64,000 nucleotides of DNA from Alphaproteobacteria bacterium (GTDB taxonomy: Bacteria; Pseudomonadota; Alphaproteobacteria; Bin95): assembly GCA_963665325.3 (NCBI GenBank), contig CAXXWS020000002.1, forward strand, positions 992,001 through 1,056,000, read 5' to 3'. The position numbers and the translations under genes are program-made. The notes below the pieces were generated by a model, which did no database searches, was not told the origin of the DNA, and was given only the letters and a program-made list of their open reading frames with translations. Positions within the stretch are counted from its first letter, which is position 1; each line of letters opens with the position of its first letter. Of the stretch, positions 28,334 through 38,243 are shown piece after piece.

Positions 28334-31300
28334 ATGACCATGACGGACAAGACGCGTGACGTGCTGCGCGCGACGGGAGCGAGTGTTCTGGAGGCGCTGG
28401 GTCTGGACGGCAAGGCGAACGAACTGTTTTCGTCCGGGGGGTTGACAAGCGCCGCTGAGGGTTCCGACAGTATAATGGTCGCCGGGTCGCCGGGTCGCCG
28501 GGTCGCCGGGTCGCCGGGTCGCCGGGTCGCCGGGTCGCCGGGTCGCCGGGTCGCCGGGTCGCCGGGTCGCCGGGTCGCCGGGTCGCCGGGTCGCCGGGTC
28601 GCCGGGTCGCCGGGTCGCCGGGTCGCCGGGTCGCCGGGTCGCCGGGTCGCCGGGTCGCCGGGTCGCCGGGTCGCCGGGTCGCCGGGTCGCCGGGTCGCCG
28701 GGTCGCCGGATCGCCGGATCGCCGGATCGCCGGATCGCCGGATCGCCGGATCGCCGGATCGCCGGATCGCCGGATCGCCGGCCATGAGTGCGTCCGGCGC
28801 ATGGCTTCGCCGGCTCCGCTCCCGCCCGCCGTCCTCCCCGCCTGAACCTTCCCGTTCCGCGGTCCGGCGGCTGCGTCCCGCCCTTGCCGCCGCGCTGCTC
28901 TCCCTGCCGCTCCTGGCGGGCCTTCCGACCGGGGCGCAGGCCCAGGTCGCGTGCGGTACCGCCAATGCCGACGGCTCGTACCCGGTGCCGGACAACTGGG
29001 CGCTGAAGCCCTCGGGGCTCGGCGTCGGGGCCAAGTTCCGGCTGCTGTTCGTGACCTCCACCCAACGCGACGCCACGGCGACCGACATCGCCACCTACAA
29101 CACGTATGTGCAGACCCGCGCCAAGGCCGGTCACAGCGCGATCGCCGACAGCTGCGGCAACCTCTTCAAGGTCGTCGGTTCGACCTCGGCGGTGGACGCG
29201 CGCGACAACACCGGGACCACCGGCACGGGCGTTCCGATCTACTGGCTGAACGGCGCCAAGGTCGCCGATAACTACGGCGACTTCTACGACGGAACCTGGG
29301 ACAGCTACGGCTTTGCGAACGCGAAGACTGAGAGCGGAGGTGCCGCTGTGTTGGGTAATGCGCATACCGGCAGCAACGCTGACGGCACCAAGCATGGCTT
29401 TTATCTCGGCCACGGCAGCGCGGTTAGACGTGGCACGATTCAAAGTGGTGGTAATCCGTTAACTCAGGCCGTATCCCCCCCTACGAGTGCCCACACGTTC
29501 TACGGCCTCTCCCCGGTATTCTCGGTGGTTGTGGCTCCGCTCGCCGCCAAGCCGTCCACGGTACGCGAGGGGGGTGTCAGTTTTGTCACCGTCACCGGTT
29601 TTCCGTCCAGCTGGGGCGCGCCCCGGATAAGGTCCCTTGCCGGCGCCACGACGTCGCTCAGGTGCGACCATGTGACTGACGGGCTGTCCAACTCTGGTAA
29701 CAACCTCGATGTCTGCGTCGGCCTGGCCGACGGCACCCGCACCCGGGGGCATTGGGACGGCGTCGCGTACAGGCTGACGCTGACCGTGGTGGCCGACGGC
29801 GTGGCCGAGAACGAAAGCCTCACGGTGACGTTCGAGGATTCGACCGACACCAGCAGGACCAGGACGGCCGTCATCGCGCTCGACGACAGGTCGCCCCTGC
29901 CGTTCGTCAGCCTCGAAGCGGTTGTCGGCACCAATCCCGGCAACGTGGTTTCCCCGACCCCGCATACCGTCACGGAGGGGGGTGCGTTCAACCTCCGGGT
30001 GAAGATGGATCCCTGGTTCAGGCTGGCCACTCCGGTCATCGTGAACTACTACCTCGCCGACTACCACGGCGAGCGTGTGGTCCGGGGGCCGAGCCTCACG
30101 GATCCGAAGCGGGATCGGGACCCCAACCCCCGGAGCATCGAGATCGGGGCCGGGCATTCCGCTACGGTCATTCACATACCGACCGTGGCGAGCCCCGACC
30201 TCGATGGCGACAGCAAGGTGGAGGTCATCCTGCTGGGCGGCAGGGACTATGCGACCAGCACGGGCAAGCTGACGCTCACGGTCCAGGACGCGGACCCGGT
30301 CACGAACATAGACGACAACACGCGGGCGCAGATGCTGGCCACGCCCTCGACGCTGACGCTCGGCGCCGATGCGGCTTCGGTGACGGAGGGCGGCGAGGTG
30401 ACCTTCACGGTCACGGCCGCCCCGGCGCCGGGCTACGACCTCCCGGTGCACCTGGGCGCGTCGGAGGAGATGGGCGCGGGCCTGGACTATATCGGGCTCG
30501 AACGGGCCCGCACGGTGACGATCCCGGCGGGCGCGACCTCGGCGGCCTGGACGGTCACGACCTGGTCGGACGACAAGCAGCGCGCCGACGGCACGGTGGT
30601 GGCCCGGATCAAGCCGGGCGACGGCTACACGGCGGGCACGCCGTCGACGGTCACCGTGGCCCTGCTCGACGACGACGCGCCGGCGCTGGACCCGTCGCTG
30701 GTGGCGCAGGTCAGAATACTTGCGGGGCAGACCCATAACGGCGCGGCGCATGTCCTGCGCTGGCGGCGGGTGCTGGTGGCGTTCGGGGTGGAGGCGTATC
30801 CGGGCGTGACGGCGATGACGGCGGCGCAAGCCGAGGCGAATGCCCGTCGCTACAGCAGCCCGCTCTGGCCCCGGATCGCGGAGGCGATCGGGGCGATCGG
30901 GGCGGCGGGGAGCGACCCCGCGCCGCAGCAGGCCGCGACGCAGCAGGCCGCACCGGCGGTGGACCCGGCGCTGGTTGCGCTGGTCAGGAGCTACGCGGCG
31001 GAGACCCATAACGGCGCGGCGCATGTGGAACGCTGGATGCGCGTGCTCGCGGCTTTCGGCGAAGACAACGGCCGTGCGCCGATGACGGCGGCGGAGGCGC
31101 GGACCTATGCCGACCGGGGCTGGACACGCTGGGACCCGGTGGTCGTGGCGATCGCGGCGCTGGAAGCGGCGCCCGAGCCGGAGCCGCAGCCCGTAATCCC
31201 GCCGGCGGTGAGCGTCGCGGCCGGGGAGGCGGTCTCCGAAGGCGGCGGCGCGGTGTTCACGCTCACGGCGGCGCCGGCCCCGGCATCGCCGCTGGCGGTC

Positions 31301-33781
31301 GAGGTGACGGTTGGCGCCGAGGGCGACTTCGGCATTGCCGCCGGCGCGCGGACGGTGACCGTTCCGACGAGCGGCAGCCTCGTGCTGACCCTGGCGACGG
31401 TCGATGACGGTACGGACGAGCCGGACGGCTCGGTGAGCGTGACCCTGAACGGCGGCGACGGCTACACGGTCGGTTCCCCGGCATCGGGCGCCGTCGCCGT
31501 GACGGACGACGACCTGCCGCCGCCGGTGGTCTCGGTGACGGCGAAGGCCGGCTCCATTACCGAGGGGGCGGGCGCGGTGTTCACGGTGACGGCGGACCGG
31601 GCGCCGGATGCGGCGCTTGCGGTGCGGCTCACGGTCTCGGAGGAAGCGGGCAGCGACTTCGTGGCCGCGGGCGACGAGGGCGGTCGCACGGTGACCATCC
31701 CGGCCGGCACGACCGGGGTTGCGCTCACCGTGGCGACGGACGACGACGCGGCGGACGAGCCCGACGGCTCGGTGAGCGCGGCGGTGGATGCCGGCGCGGG
31801 CTACACGGTGGCGGCGTCTCCGGGGGATACGGCCTCGGTCGCGGTGGCCGACAACGACGCGGCGGCCACCGGGGCGTCGCTCTCGGTGGACGACGCGACG
31901 GTGAAGGAAGGCGCGGGGCTGATGTGGTTCACGCTCCGGCTGAGCGCGCCGTCGGAGCGGGCGGTGCGGGTGTCGTACCGGACCCGGGAGTCGAGCCCGG
32001 TGTCGGCGCGGCAGGGCCGGGACTACCTTGCCGCCGGCTGGCATCTCTACTTCCAGCCGGGCGAGACCGAGAAGCGGGTGTGGGTCTGGGTCTACGACGA
32101 CAGCCATGACGAGGACCCGGAGACGTTCGAGTTCGTGCTGACGGAGGCGACGGTGGTGCCGATCGCGGACGGCGTGGCGGTGGGGACGATCGTGAACGAC
32201 GACCCGCTGCCGGCGGCGTTCCTGGCGCGCTTCGGGCGCACGGTGGCGGAGCAGGCGCTGGACGGCATCGCGGGGCGCATGGCGGCCCCGCGCACGCCCG
32301 GCATGCAGGGCACGGTTGCCGGGCAGGCGCTCAACTTCGACCCCGCCGCCGGCCGGCCGGCAGCGGGCGCAACGCCCGGCGCAACGCCGGCGGACCGCGA
32401 TACGGCGCTGGCCATGGCCGACATCGCGCGCGGCTTCGGTGCGGATGCGCCCGCCGCGGTATCGCCGGGCGGCGCGGGCGACCGGTTCGGCGACGCCCGT
32501 GCCGGCGCGTCCCTGGCGCAATCGCGGTCGATGACGGCGCGCGACGCGCTGCTCGGATCGAGTTTCTCGCTGACCGGCGCGGCGGACGGCTCGGGCGGCA
32601 GCCTGGCGTTCTGGGGCCGGGCGTCGCAGGGGAGCTTCGACGGCCGCGAGGGGACGTTCTCGCTCGACGGCACGGTCACCACGGGCATGCTCGGCGCGGA
32701 CTATGCGCGCGGCAAGTGGCTGGTCGGCCTGGCGCTCGCGCAGAGCGCGGGCGAGGGCGACTACCGCGACACCGAGGTCAGTCCCCGTCCCGACGGCCAG
32801 AGCTGTCCCGACGGCGCGGACGCCGAACTGTGCGGCGGCGCCGTACGCGCGGGCGACGGCGCGGTGGAGGCGTCGCTGACGGCGGCGATCCCCTATGCGG
32901 CGCTGCAGGTCTCGGAGCGTCTGAAGCTCTGGGGCGCGGCGGGCTACGGCACCGGCGAGGTGACGCTGAAGACCGCGCTGGGCGGCAGCTACAGCTCCGA
33001 CACGAGCTGGAGCATGGCGGCGGCGGGGCTCAGGGGCGACCTGCTGGCTTCCCCGGCCGAGGGCTCCGGGCCGGCGCTGGCGGTGACCTCGGACGCGCTG
33101 TGGACGCGGACCTCGTCGGAGAAGACCCGCGACCTCGCGGCCTCGGACTCCGACGCGACCCGGCTCCGGCTCGGGCTGGAGGGCAGCTGGCGGTTCGCGA
33201 TGGAGGGCGGCGGGTCTCTGGTGCCGAAGCTGGAGATCGGCGCACGCCATGACGGCGGCGATGCCGAGACCGGCTTCGGGGTCGAGATCGGCGGCGGGAT
33301 CGCGTGGAGCGACCCGGCGCTCGGTCTCTCGCTCGACGTCTCGGGCCGCACGCTGCTGGCGCACGAGAACGACGACCTGAAGGACCGGGGCTATGCGGCC
33401 TCGCTCGCCTTCGACCCGGACCCGGCGACGCAGCGGGGTCCGTCGCTCAACCTGCGCCAGGAGTTCGGCGGGCAGGCGCAGGGCGGGCTCGACGCGCTGT
33501 TCCAGCCGGCGACGCTGGAGGACCGCACGGGCAGCGAGGCCGCGTCCCGCTGGAGCATGGAAGCCGCGTACGGCTTCCCGGCCTTCGGCGGGCGCTGGAC
33601 CGGCAGCCCGCATGTGGGGCTGGGGCTTGCGACGGGCGCGCGCGACTACAGCCTCGGCTGGCGGCTGACGCCGGAAGCCGACGCGCCCGACTTCTCCTTC
33701 GGCCTCAGGGCGACCCGCAGGGAGAGCGATATGGACGCGCCGGAGCACACCGTGGGGTTCGAGGTCCGCGCGCGCTGGTAA
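28334..33781 (+). CDS. Autotransporter adhesin-like protein 2 (paralog of 10018-14976), in frame through the 8-bp repeat
   Basis: GGAGG at 28322-26 and ATG 28334; frame open through the repeat to the signal-like segment; same N-terminal domain, Calx-beta repeats and barrel; alternative start ATG 28784. Confidence 0.85.
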   Translation: MTMTDKTRDVLRATGASVLEALGLDGKANELFSSGGLTSAAEGSDSIMVAGSPGRRVAGSPGRRVAGSPGRRVAGSPGRRVAGSPGRRVAGSPGRRVAGSPGRRVAGSPGRRVAGSPGRRVAGSPDRRIAGSPDRRIAGSPDRRIAGSPAMSASGAWLRRLRSRPPSSPPEPSRSAVRRLRPALAAALLSLPLLAGLPTGAQAQVACGTANADGSYPVPDNWALKPSGLGVGAKFRLLFVTSTQRDATATDIATYNTYVQTRAKAGHSAIADSCGNLFKVVGSTSAVDARDNTGTTGTGVPIYWLNGAKVADNYGDFYDGTWDSYGFANAKTESGGAAVLGNAHTGSNADGTKHGFYLGHGSAVRRGTIQSGGNPLTQAVSPPTSAHTFYGLSPVFSVVVAPLAAKPSTVREGGVSFVTVTGFPSSWGAPRIRSLAGATTSLRCDHVTDGLSNSGNNLDVCVGLADGTRTRGHWDGVAYRLTLTVVADGVAENESLTVTFEDSTDTSRTRTAVIALDDRSPLPFVSLEAVVGTNPGNVVSPTPHTVTEGGAFNLRVKMDPWFRLATPVIVNYYLADYHGERVVRGPSLTDPKRDRDPNPRSIEIGAGHSATVIHIPTVASPDLDGDSKVEVILLGGRDYATSTGKLTLTVQDADPVTNIDDNTRAQMLATPSTLTLGADAASVTEGGEVTFTVTAAPAPGYDLPVHLGASEEMGAGLDYIGLERARTVTIPAGATSAAWTVTTWSDDKQRADGTVVARIKPGDGYTAGTPSTVTVALLDDDAPALDPSLVAQVRILAGQTHNGAAHVLRWRRVLVAFGVEAYPGVTAMTAAQAEANARRYSSPLWPRIAEAIGAIGAAGSDPAPQQAATQQAAPAVDPALVALVRSYAAETHNGAAHVERWMRVLAAFGEDNGRAPMTAAEARTYADRGWTRWDPVVVAIAALEAAPEPEPQPVIPPAVSVAAGEAVSEGGGAVFTLTAAPAPASPLAVEVTVGAEGDFGIAAGARTVTVPTSGSLVLTLATVDDGTDEPDGSVSVTLNGGDGYTVGSPASGAVAVTDDDLPPPVVSVTAKAGSITEGAGAVFTVTADRAPDAALAVRLTVSEEAGSDFVAAGDEGGRTVTIPAGTTGVALTVATDDDAADEPDGSVSAAVDAGAGYTVAASPGDTASVAVADNDAAATGASLSVDDATVKEGAGLMWFTLRLSAPSERAVRVSYRTRESSPVSARQGRDYLAAGWHLYFQPGETEKRVWVWVYDDSHDEDPETFEFVLTEATVVPIADGVAVGTIVNDDPLPAAFLARFGRTVAEQALDGIAGRMAAPRTPGMQGTVAGQALNFDPAAGRPAAGATPGATPADRDTALAMADIARGFGADAPAAVSPGGAGDRFGDARAGASLAQSRSMTARDALLGSSFSLTGAADGSGGSLAFWGRASQGSFDGREGTFSLDGTVTTGMLGADYARGKWLVGLALAQSAGEGDYRDTEVSPRPDGQSCPDGADAELCGGAVRAGDGAVEASLTAAIPYAALQVSERLKLWGAAGYGTGEVTLKTALGGSYSSDTSWSMAAAGLRGDLLASPAEGSGPALAVTSDALWTRTSSEKTRDLAASDSDATRLRLGLEGSWRFAMEGGGSLVPKLEIGARHDGGDAETGFGVEIGGGIAWSDPALGLSLDVSGRTLLAHENDDLKDRGYAASLAFDPDPATQRGPSLNLRQEFGGQAQGGLDALFQPATLEDRTGSEAASRWSMEAAYGFPAFGGRWTGSPHVGLGLATGARDYSLGWRLTPEADAPDFSFGLRATRRESDMDAPEHTVGFEVRARW
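28477..28780. repeat. Compound simple sequence repeat (GCCGGGTC)x28 + (GCCGGATC)x9
   Basis: Units counted directly: 28481-28704 and 28705-28776. Confidence 0.99.
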
Positions 33782-33868
33782 GCCATGGCGCGCGCCGATG
33801 ACCGCTGCGGGCGCGGGGCGGGTCCCCGGCTGCGCGCCCGCCGGTAGGCGCCGGGCGGGGGCTCGGCG

Positions 33869-34668
33869 GTGGACCGCGGCGTGGCGGGGAAGCGGGGCGC
33901 GATCCGGGGGGCGCACGCCTGGGCCTACATGCGGCGCGACCCGCTCTATCGCGCGGCGTGGGCGGCGCAGGCCGGCGCGGTGCGTTTCGAGTCGGCGGCA
34001 TTCCCCATCAAGGTGCAGGGCGAGGCGGACCTGGCGGCGGAGGCATGGTCGCTGCTGGCCTGGGAGGATCCCGGACCGGCGGCGTGGCGCTCGCCGTTCT
34101 GGTCGGGCATTCCGATGCTCGTCGGCGAGCCCGACCCGGAGCCGTGGCCCGACCCCGCGCCGCTGCTGGGGATGCTGGCCGAGGCGGGGGCGCGGGTCGA
34201 GGGGCTGCGCCTGCTGAGCGGCCGTCTGGTGGTGAAGGCGGAGCTGGGCAACGCGGTGTTGCAGATCATGGTGCCGTCGGGCCGGGCGTTCGGCCCCGGT
34301 GACGGGATTATGGCGAAGCTCGGGCTGAGCCTGCCGCTGGAGGCGGCGGTGGGCCGGGTGGAGGATCTGTGGCGGGTGGCGGGCCGGCTGCCCCCTCCTC
34401 GGAGGAGCCGGGTTCGGGGGCGGAGCACGCGGAGCTGCTGAGGGTGCTGGACGCGCGGCTGGAGGCGGCGTCGGTGCAGGGGGTGGCGAAGGAGGTCCTG
34501 GGGGCGGACCGGTCGCAGAAGTGGGACACCGACGGCGGGGAGCGCTCGAAGGCGTATCGGCGCATCCGCAAGGCGAAGGCGTTCATGGAGGAGCGCTACC
34601 GGGAGTTTCTGGAGCCGGGCGGCGGGGGACGGCGCCGGCCCGCGAGGCGGCATTCCCGCGAGAGCTGA
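33869..34668 (+). CDS. FseA-like transcriptional activator (DUF6499 + DUF2285), split by a frameshift near 34410-34425
   Basis: AWAYMRRDPLYRAAW resembles the DUF6499 AWEFLRRN motif; the -1 frame continues ELLRVLDARLEAASVQGVAKEVLG...RRIRKAKAFMEERYREFL, which is DUF2285-like. Confidence 0.7.
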
Positions 34669-35558
34669 GGGCGCGCGCCCCGCATGCCGATTCTCATCGT
34701 CTCATCGACTGCTGCCGATTTGCACGCCCGACGAGGGCGGTACGCGGTATGCGGTATCGGCGGGGGACGCGCGCGCCGGAACCCTCGCTGACGGCACCGT
34801 CGGCACCACCGTGATGAGGTCTTCGACCGTCACCGGCGCGGGGCCACCCGGCAGATAGCCCGAGCCCGCCTCCACCGTGCCCGTCACCGGGCCGGAAGGC
34901 TCGTCGCCGGTGTCGGGGCAGTCATCGCCCGCCGGGGGCAACCGGTGACCGGGGCGTGGCCGCCGCACATTGCGTCTTTCACGCACTGCCTCTCCGGCTC
35001 GAGTCCCGGCACAGGCTCCCCGCTGGAGGGTTGCGCGCACCGTAACGGACGGTCGAGACGGCCCCCGCCCCCCGATCCTGCCGGCCCTGCGTTCGGACGC
35101 CGGTGCTGCTTCCTGCTGCCGATATCCGCCCGACCGCTACCGCGTCCGGCGCCGTCCGCCGGTCCGCTGCCGCGCCGGCGGTGTCGAGTCGCTTCCTCCT
35201 TTCCCGTTCCGCCCGCCCTGCCGAATATCACCAATTTAGCCGGTGAATATCATCCAATGTAGCCGGCCAATGTCATCCAAAGTAGCCACCCAGTGTCAGC
35301 AAAGTAGCCACCCCGGAGCGCAGCGACGCGATCACGTTGCGGTCGGCAGGATTTCCTCCGCAGTTTCTCCATCATCGATACCACCGCCGAAGGCGTGGCG
35401 GCAAGGCGTTGAGGCATGGTGCGCGCGCGACGCGTGACCCCTCACGAGTCGGAGCGGCGCGCGCGCACCATGCTGTGGCACGCCCTCTCGTCTCGCACGG
35501 ACACCCCGGAGCGGAGCGACGCAGACGCCGCGCTCCGCGCGGCGCTCCCTCACCGCAC

Positions 35559-36323
35559 TCATGCCTTGGTTCCGGCGCCGGCGTCGTCGGTGCGCATGGA
35601 CGTGCCGTGCAGCTCGAAGCGGATGGCGCCATGAACGAGACGATCGAGGATGGCGTCCGCGAGGGTTGGATCATTGAGTTGCCGATGCCAGTCGGCCACC
35701 GGCAGCTGGGAGGTTACGATCACCGAGCGGCGGCCGAAGCGGTCGTCGAGGATTTCGAGGAGATCGCGGCCGCGGGCGGCATCGATGGGCGCCAGGCCCC
35801 AGTCGTCGAGGATGAGGACCTCGATCCGGGCGAGGTCGCGGTAGAGCTTCGGCACCGTGCCCTCGCCGTGCGCGATCCGCAGCTCGGTGAGCAGGCGGGG
35901 GACGCGCTGGTACTGGGCCTGGTGGCCTTCGAGACAGGCCTTGTGGGCGAGCGCGCAAGAGAGCCAGCTCTTGCCCGTGCCGCACGGGCCGGTGATCAGG
36001 ATGTTGGCGCCGTTGCGGACCCAGGCGCAGTCGCCGAGGCCGAGGACGACGCTGCGGTCGAGGCCGCGGGGCCGGCTGAGGTTGATGTCTTCGAAGCAGG
36101 CGTCCGTGTGGCGCAGCTGGGCCTTCTTGAGGCGCCGCTGCAGGGCGCGCGAGCGCCGCTCGGCGATCTCGCGGTCGACCAGCAGCGCGAGCCGGTCCTC
36201 GAACGTCATGTCGTCGAGGTCGTTGCGCGCCATCTGTTCGAGGAAGGCGGCGTGCATGCCGGGCAGACGCAATGAGGCGATCCGCTCGGCCAATGGATGG
36301 GATAACGCGTTCTTGTCGGTCAT
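35559..36323 (-). CDS. istB: IS21 helper ATPase IstB
   Basis: Walker A GPCGTGKS, LILDDWG, IVTSQLP, ADAILDRLVH, GTSMR. Confidence 0.95.
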   Translation of the reverse strand: MTDKNALSHPLAERIASLRLPGMHAAFLEQMARNDLDDMTFEDRLALLVDREIAERRSRALQRRLKKAQLRHTDACFEDINLSRPRGLDRSVVLGLGDCAWVRNGANILITGPCGTGKSWLSCALAHKACLEGHQAQYQRVPRLLTELRIAHGEGTVPKLYRDLARIEVLILDDWGLAPIDAARGRDLLEILDDRFGRRSVIVTSQLPVADWHRQLNDPTLADAILDRLVHGAIRFELHGTSMRTDDAGAGTKA

Positions 36324-37849
36324 CGATAGTACTCCGGTCCTCTGATGTTGGAATGATCGATCGGCGCGGTCTCGGGCTCCTGCGCGGCGGTGAGATCGGC
36401 GCCGGTGCGCAGGATGTTGTCGAGCCCGCGATAGGACACCGAGCCGAGCTCCATGGCGTAGCGGCAGGCGTCGTCGAAGCGGTCCGGCTCTTGGCCGTTG
36501 GCCAGGCGCAGCACGCCATAGCAGGAGCGGAAGCCGAACTCGGGATTGGGGTTGCGCTCCATGATCGCGACCACGACGGCGAGGACATGGGGGCCGATGT
36601 TCCCTGCGTCCTGCTCCAGCCGGGCGCGGGTATCCTCGACGCCGGCGCGCTGGTGCTTCGCAGGCTGATGTTCCTTGAGGGTGGTCGCGCGGCCCTTCCT
36701 GTTGCTCCGCAGGTGGCTGGCGATCTGCCGGCCGCGGTGGAAGACGTCGATCACCTGGCCGCGCAAGCGGACATCGACCTCCTTGCCGACATACTGGTAG
36801 GGCACCGAGTAGAACCGGTAGTCGATGGCGATGTGGTAGTCAGGGTGGACCGTGTTCTTGCGCCACACCGTGCGCTGCCAGCGCCGGTCCGGCAGCGGGT
36901 TCATGTGCGGGAGGTCGATGGCCTCGAATCGCTCGTAGCGGTTCTCGCCCGTGCCGTCGGCGTAGGGCTTGGCGTTGAGCTTCCGGACCTGGGCGGCAAT
37001 CGCCCGGTTCAGCGACGCCAGATCATGGAAGACGTGCTTGCGCAGAGGCGCGAGGATCCAGCGTTCGGCCTGGAGCACGCCGTTCTCGACGAGACCCTTG
37101 TCACGGGGCTTTCTCACGCGCGCCGGGAAGCCCTGGGCGCCGTAATGCTCGAGCAGATCGGAGTAGGTCTCGTTCAGGACCGGCTCGTAGCGCGACGGCT
37201 TGATCACCGCCGGCTTGATGTTGTCAGGCACCACCACCGGCGGCGCCCAGCCCATGTCCTCGAAGCAGCGCACATGCGAGGCGCACCAATCTTCGATCTT
37301 CTGGCTCAGCGTCGCCTCGGCGTAGAGCCGGCCCGAGACGCCCATCGAGGCCACGAACACCTGCGCCTCGTGTTCCACCCGGTCGATCAGCAGCGGCACC
37401 GTCATGCCGGCGTAGTCGACGAACAACCGCTCGCCGGGACGGCGGTTCTGACGCATCGTCACGCCCCGCCGCGGCCGCCAGTCCCGGAACCGGCGGCACC
37501 AGGTGACATAGCTCATGCCGCCGGGATGCGTCTCGCGCCATTCCTCCCACAACAGCTTCAGCGTCATGCCGCGCCCGGACAGGTCCTTCTCGACCTGCGT
37601 CCAGTCCACATCATCTGCCGACACGTCCTGCCGAGCGGGCGGATAGAGCGCCGCCTCAAGGGCCTCCTCGTCCAGCTCGCGGGCTTCCGGCCAACTCAGG
37701 CCCGAGGCGTCGAACCGCTCCACCAGGAGAGCCACCGAGCGCCGCGCGATGCCGCAGTGAGCCGCGATCGTCCGTGCGCTGCGCCCCTCGTCGAAATGAT
37801 ACGCAAGTGCCTTCTTCACCTTCCTCATCGGCAGCCGTCCCCGTGCCAT
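36320..37849 (-). CDS. istA: IS21 DDE transposase IstA
   Basis: PGERLFVDYAG, VVPDNIK, PRDKGLVENGV, FYSVPY; GAGGAAGGG RBS. Confidence 0.95.
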   Translation of the reverse strand: MARGRLPMRKVKKALAYHFDEGRSARTIAAHCGIARRSVALLVERFDASGLSWPEARELDEEALEAALYPPARQDVSADDVDWTQVEKDLSGRGMTLKLLWEEWRETHPGGMSYVTWCRRFRDWRPRRGVTMRQNRRPGERLFVDYAGMTVPLLIDRVEHEAQVFVASMGVSGRLYAEATLSQKIEDWCASHVRCFEDMGWAPPVVVPDNIKPAVIKPSRYEPVLNETYSDLLEHYGAQGFPARVRKPRDKGLVENGVLQAERWILAPLRKHVFHDLASLNRAIAAQVRKLNAKPYADGTGENRYERFEAIDLPHMNPLPDRRWQRTVWRKNTVHPDYHIAIDYRFYSVPYQYVGKEVDVRLRGQVIDVFHRGRQIASHLRSNRKGRATTLKEHQPAKHQRAGVEDTRARLEQDAGNIGPHVLAVVVAIMERNPNPEFGFRSCYGVLRLANGQEPDRFDDACRYAMELGSVSYRGLDNILRTGADLTAAQEPETAPIDHSNIRGPEYYR

Positions 37850-38123
37850 CCCTTCCTCCTCGGATCGATCGCGAAAATCCGAGGCGTAGGGCGGCACCCT
37901 GTGTCGTTCCAAAATCCGCCGCCCCCGAGGGGTGGCTACTTTGCTGACACCGGGTGGCTACTTTCGATGAAATCGGGTGGCTACTTTGCGTGAAACTCGG
38001 TGGCTACTTTGCGTGAAACTCGGTGGCTACTTTGCTGATACTCGGCACGCCCGGCGTGCGCCCTGCGCATGGCTGCGCTGGCCGCGTGCGGCCGCGCGAG
38101 GCCCCGTGTGGTGGGGTCGCGCA

Positions 38124-38151
38124 GGCGAATCGCAAATCGACCCTCCCCGCC
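38124..38151 (+). promoter_or_regulatory. Candidate activator-binding inverted repeat upstream of the RdfS-like gene
   Basis: GGCGAA-N16-CCCGCC; partly matches the FseA box as I recall it (GGCGAA-N16-TTCGCC). Confidence 0.35.
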
Positions 38152-38243
38152 GGTGCCCGGTCCCGGTTCAATCGCGGGACAGGCCGACGGCGCCGAGGGG
38201 CGGCGTCGCGGCGGGGCGGAGCGGGAAGCCGAGGAGGACTGCG

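Larger units (their letters stand above)
35219..38047 (-). mobile_element. IS21-family element (2829 bp)
   Basis: TG...CA ends with imperfect IR TGCCGA(A/G)TATCA; multiple subterminal AAAGTAGCCACC repeats; 5-bp target duplication CGCCC (35214-18 and 38048-52). Confidence 0.95.

Noticed and set aside
10018-33781. A complete diversity-generating retroelement in this window
   Set aside because: No reverse transcriptase and no template repeat; the two variable segments differ by indels and not only at adenines
29459-33916. Very long antisense ORFs (1485 aa here; also 5750-8704, 11233-14037, 21257-23479, 53774-56569)
   Set aside because: Shadow ORFs of GC3-biased genes; Arg/Pro/Ala-rich with no recognisable motifs
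34670-35218. A QseM/QseC-like antiactivator or other gene between the FseA-like gene and IS21
   Set aside because: The ORFs there have low-complexity shadow composition with no HTH motif or RBS
37931-38047. Five ~23-bp direct repeats containing GGTGGCTACTTT, CRISPR-like or iteron-like
   Set aside because: No unique spacers and no cas genes; inverted copies occur at 35219-35312, so they are IS21 subterminal transposase-binding repeats
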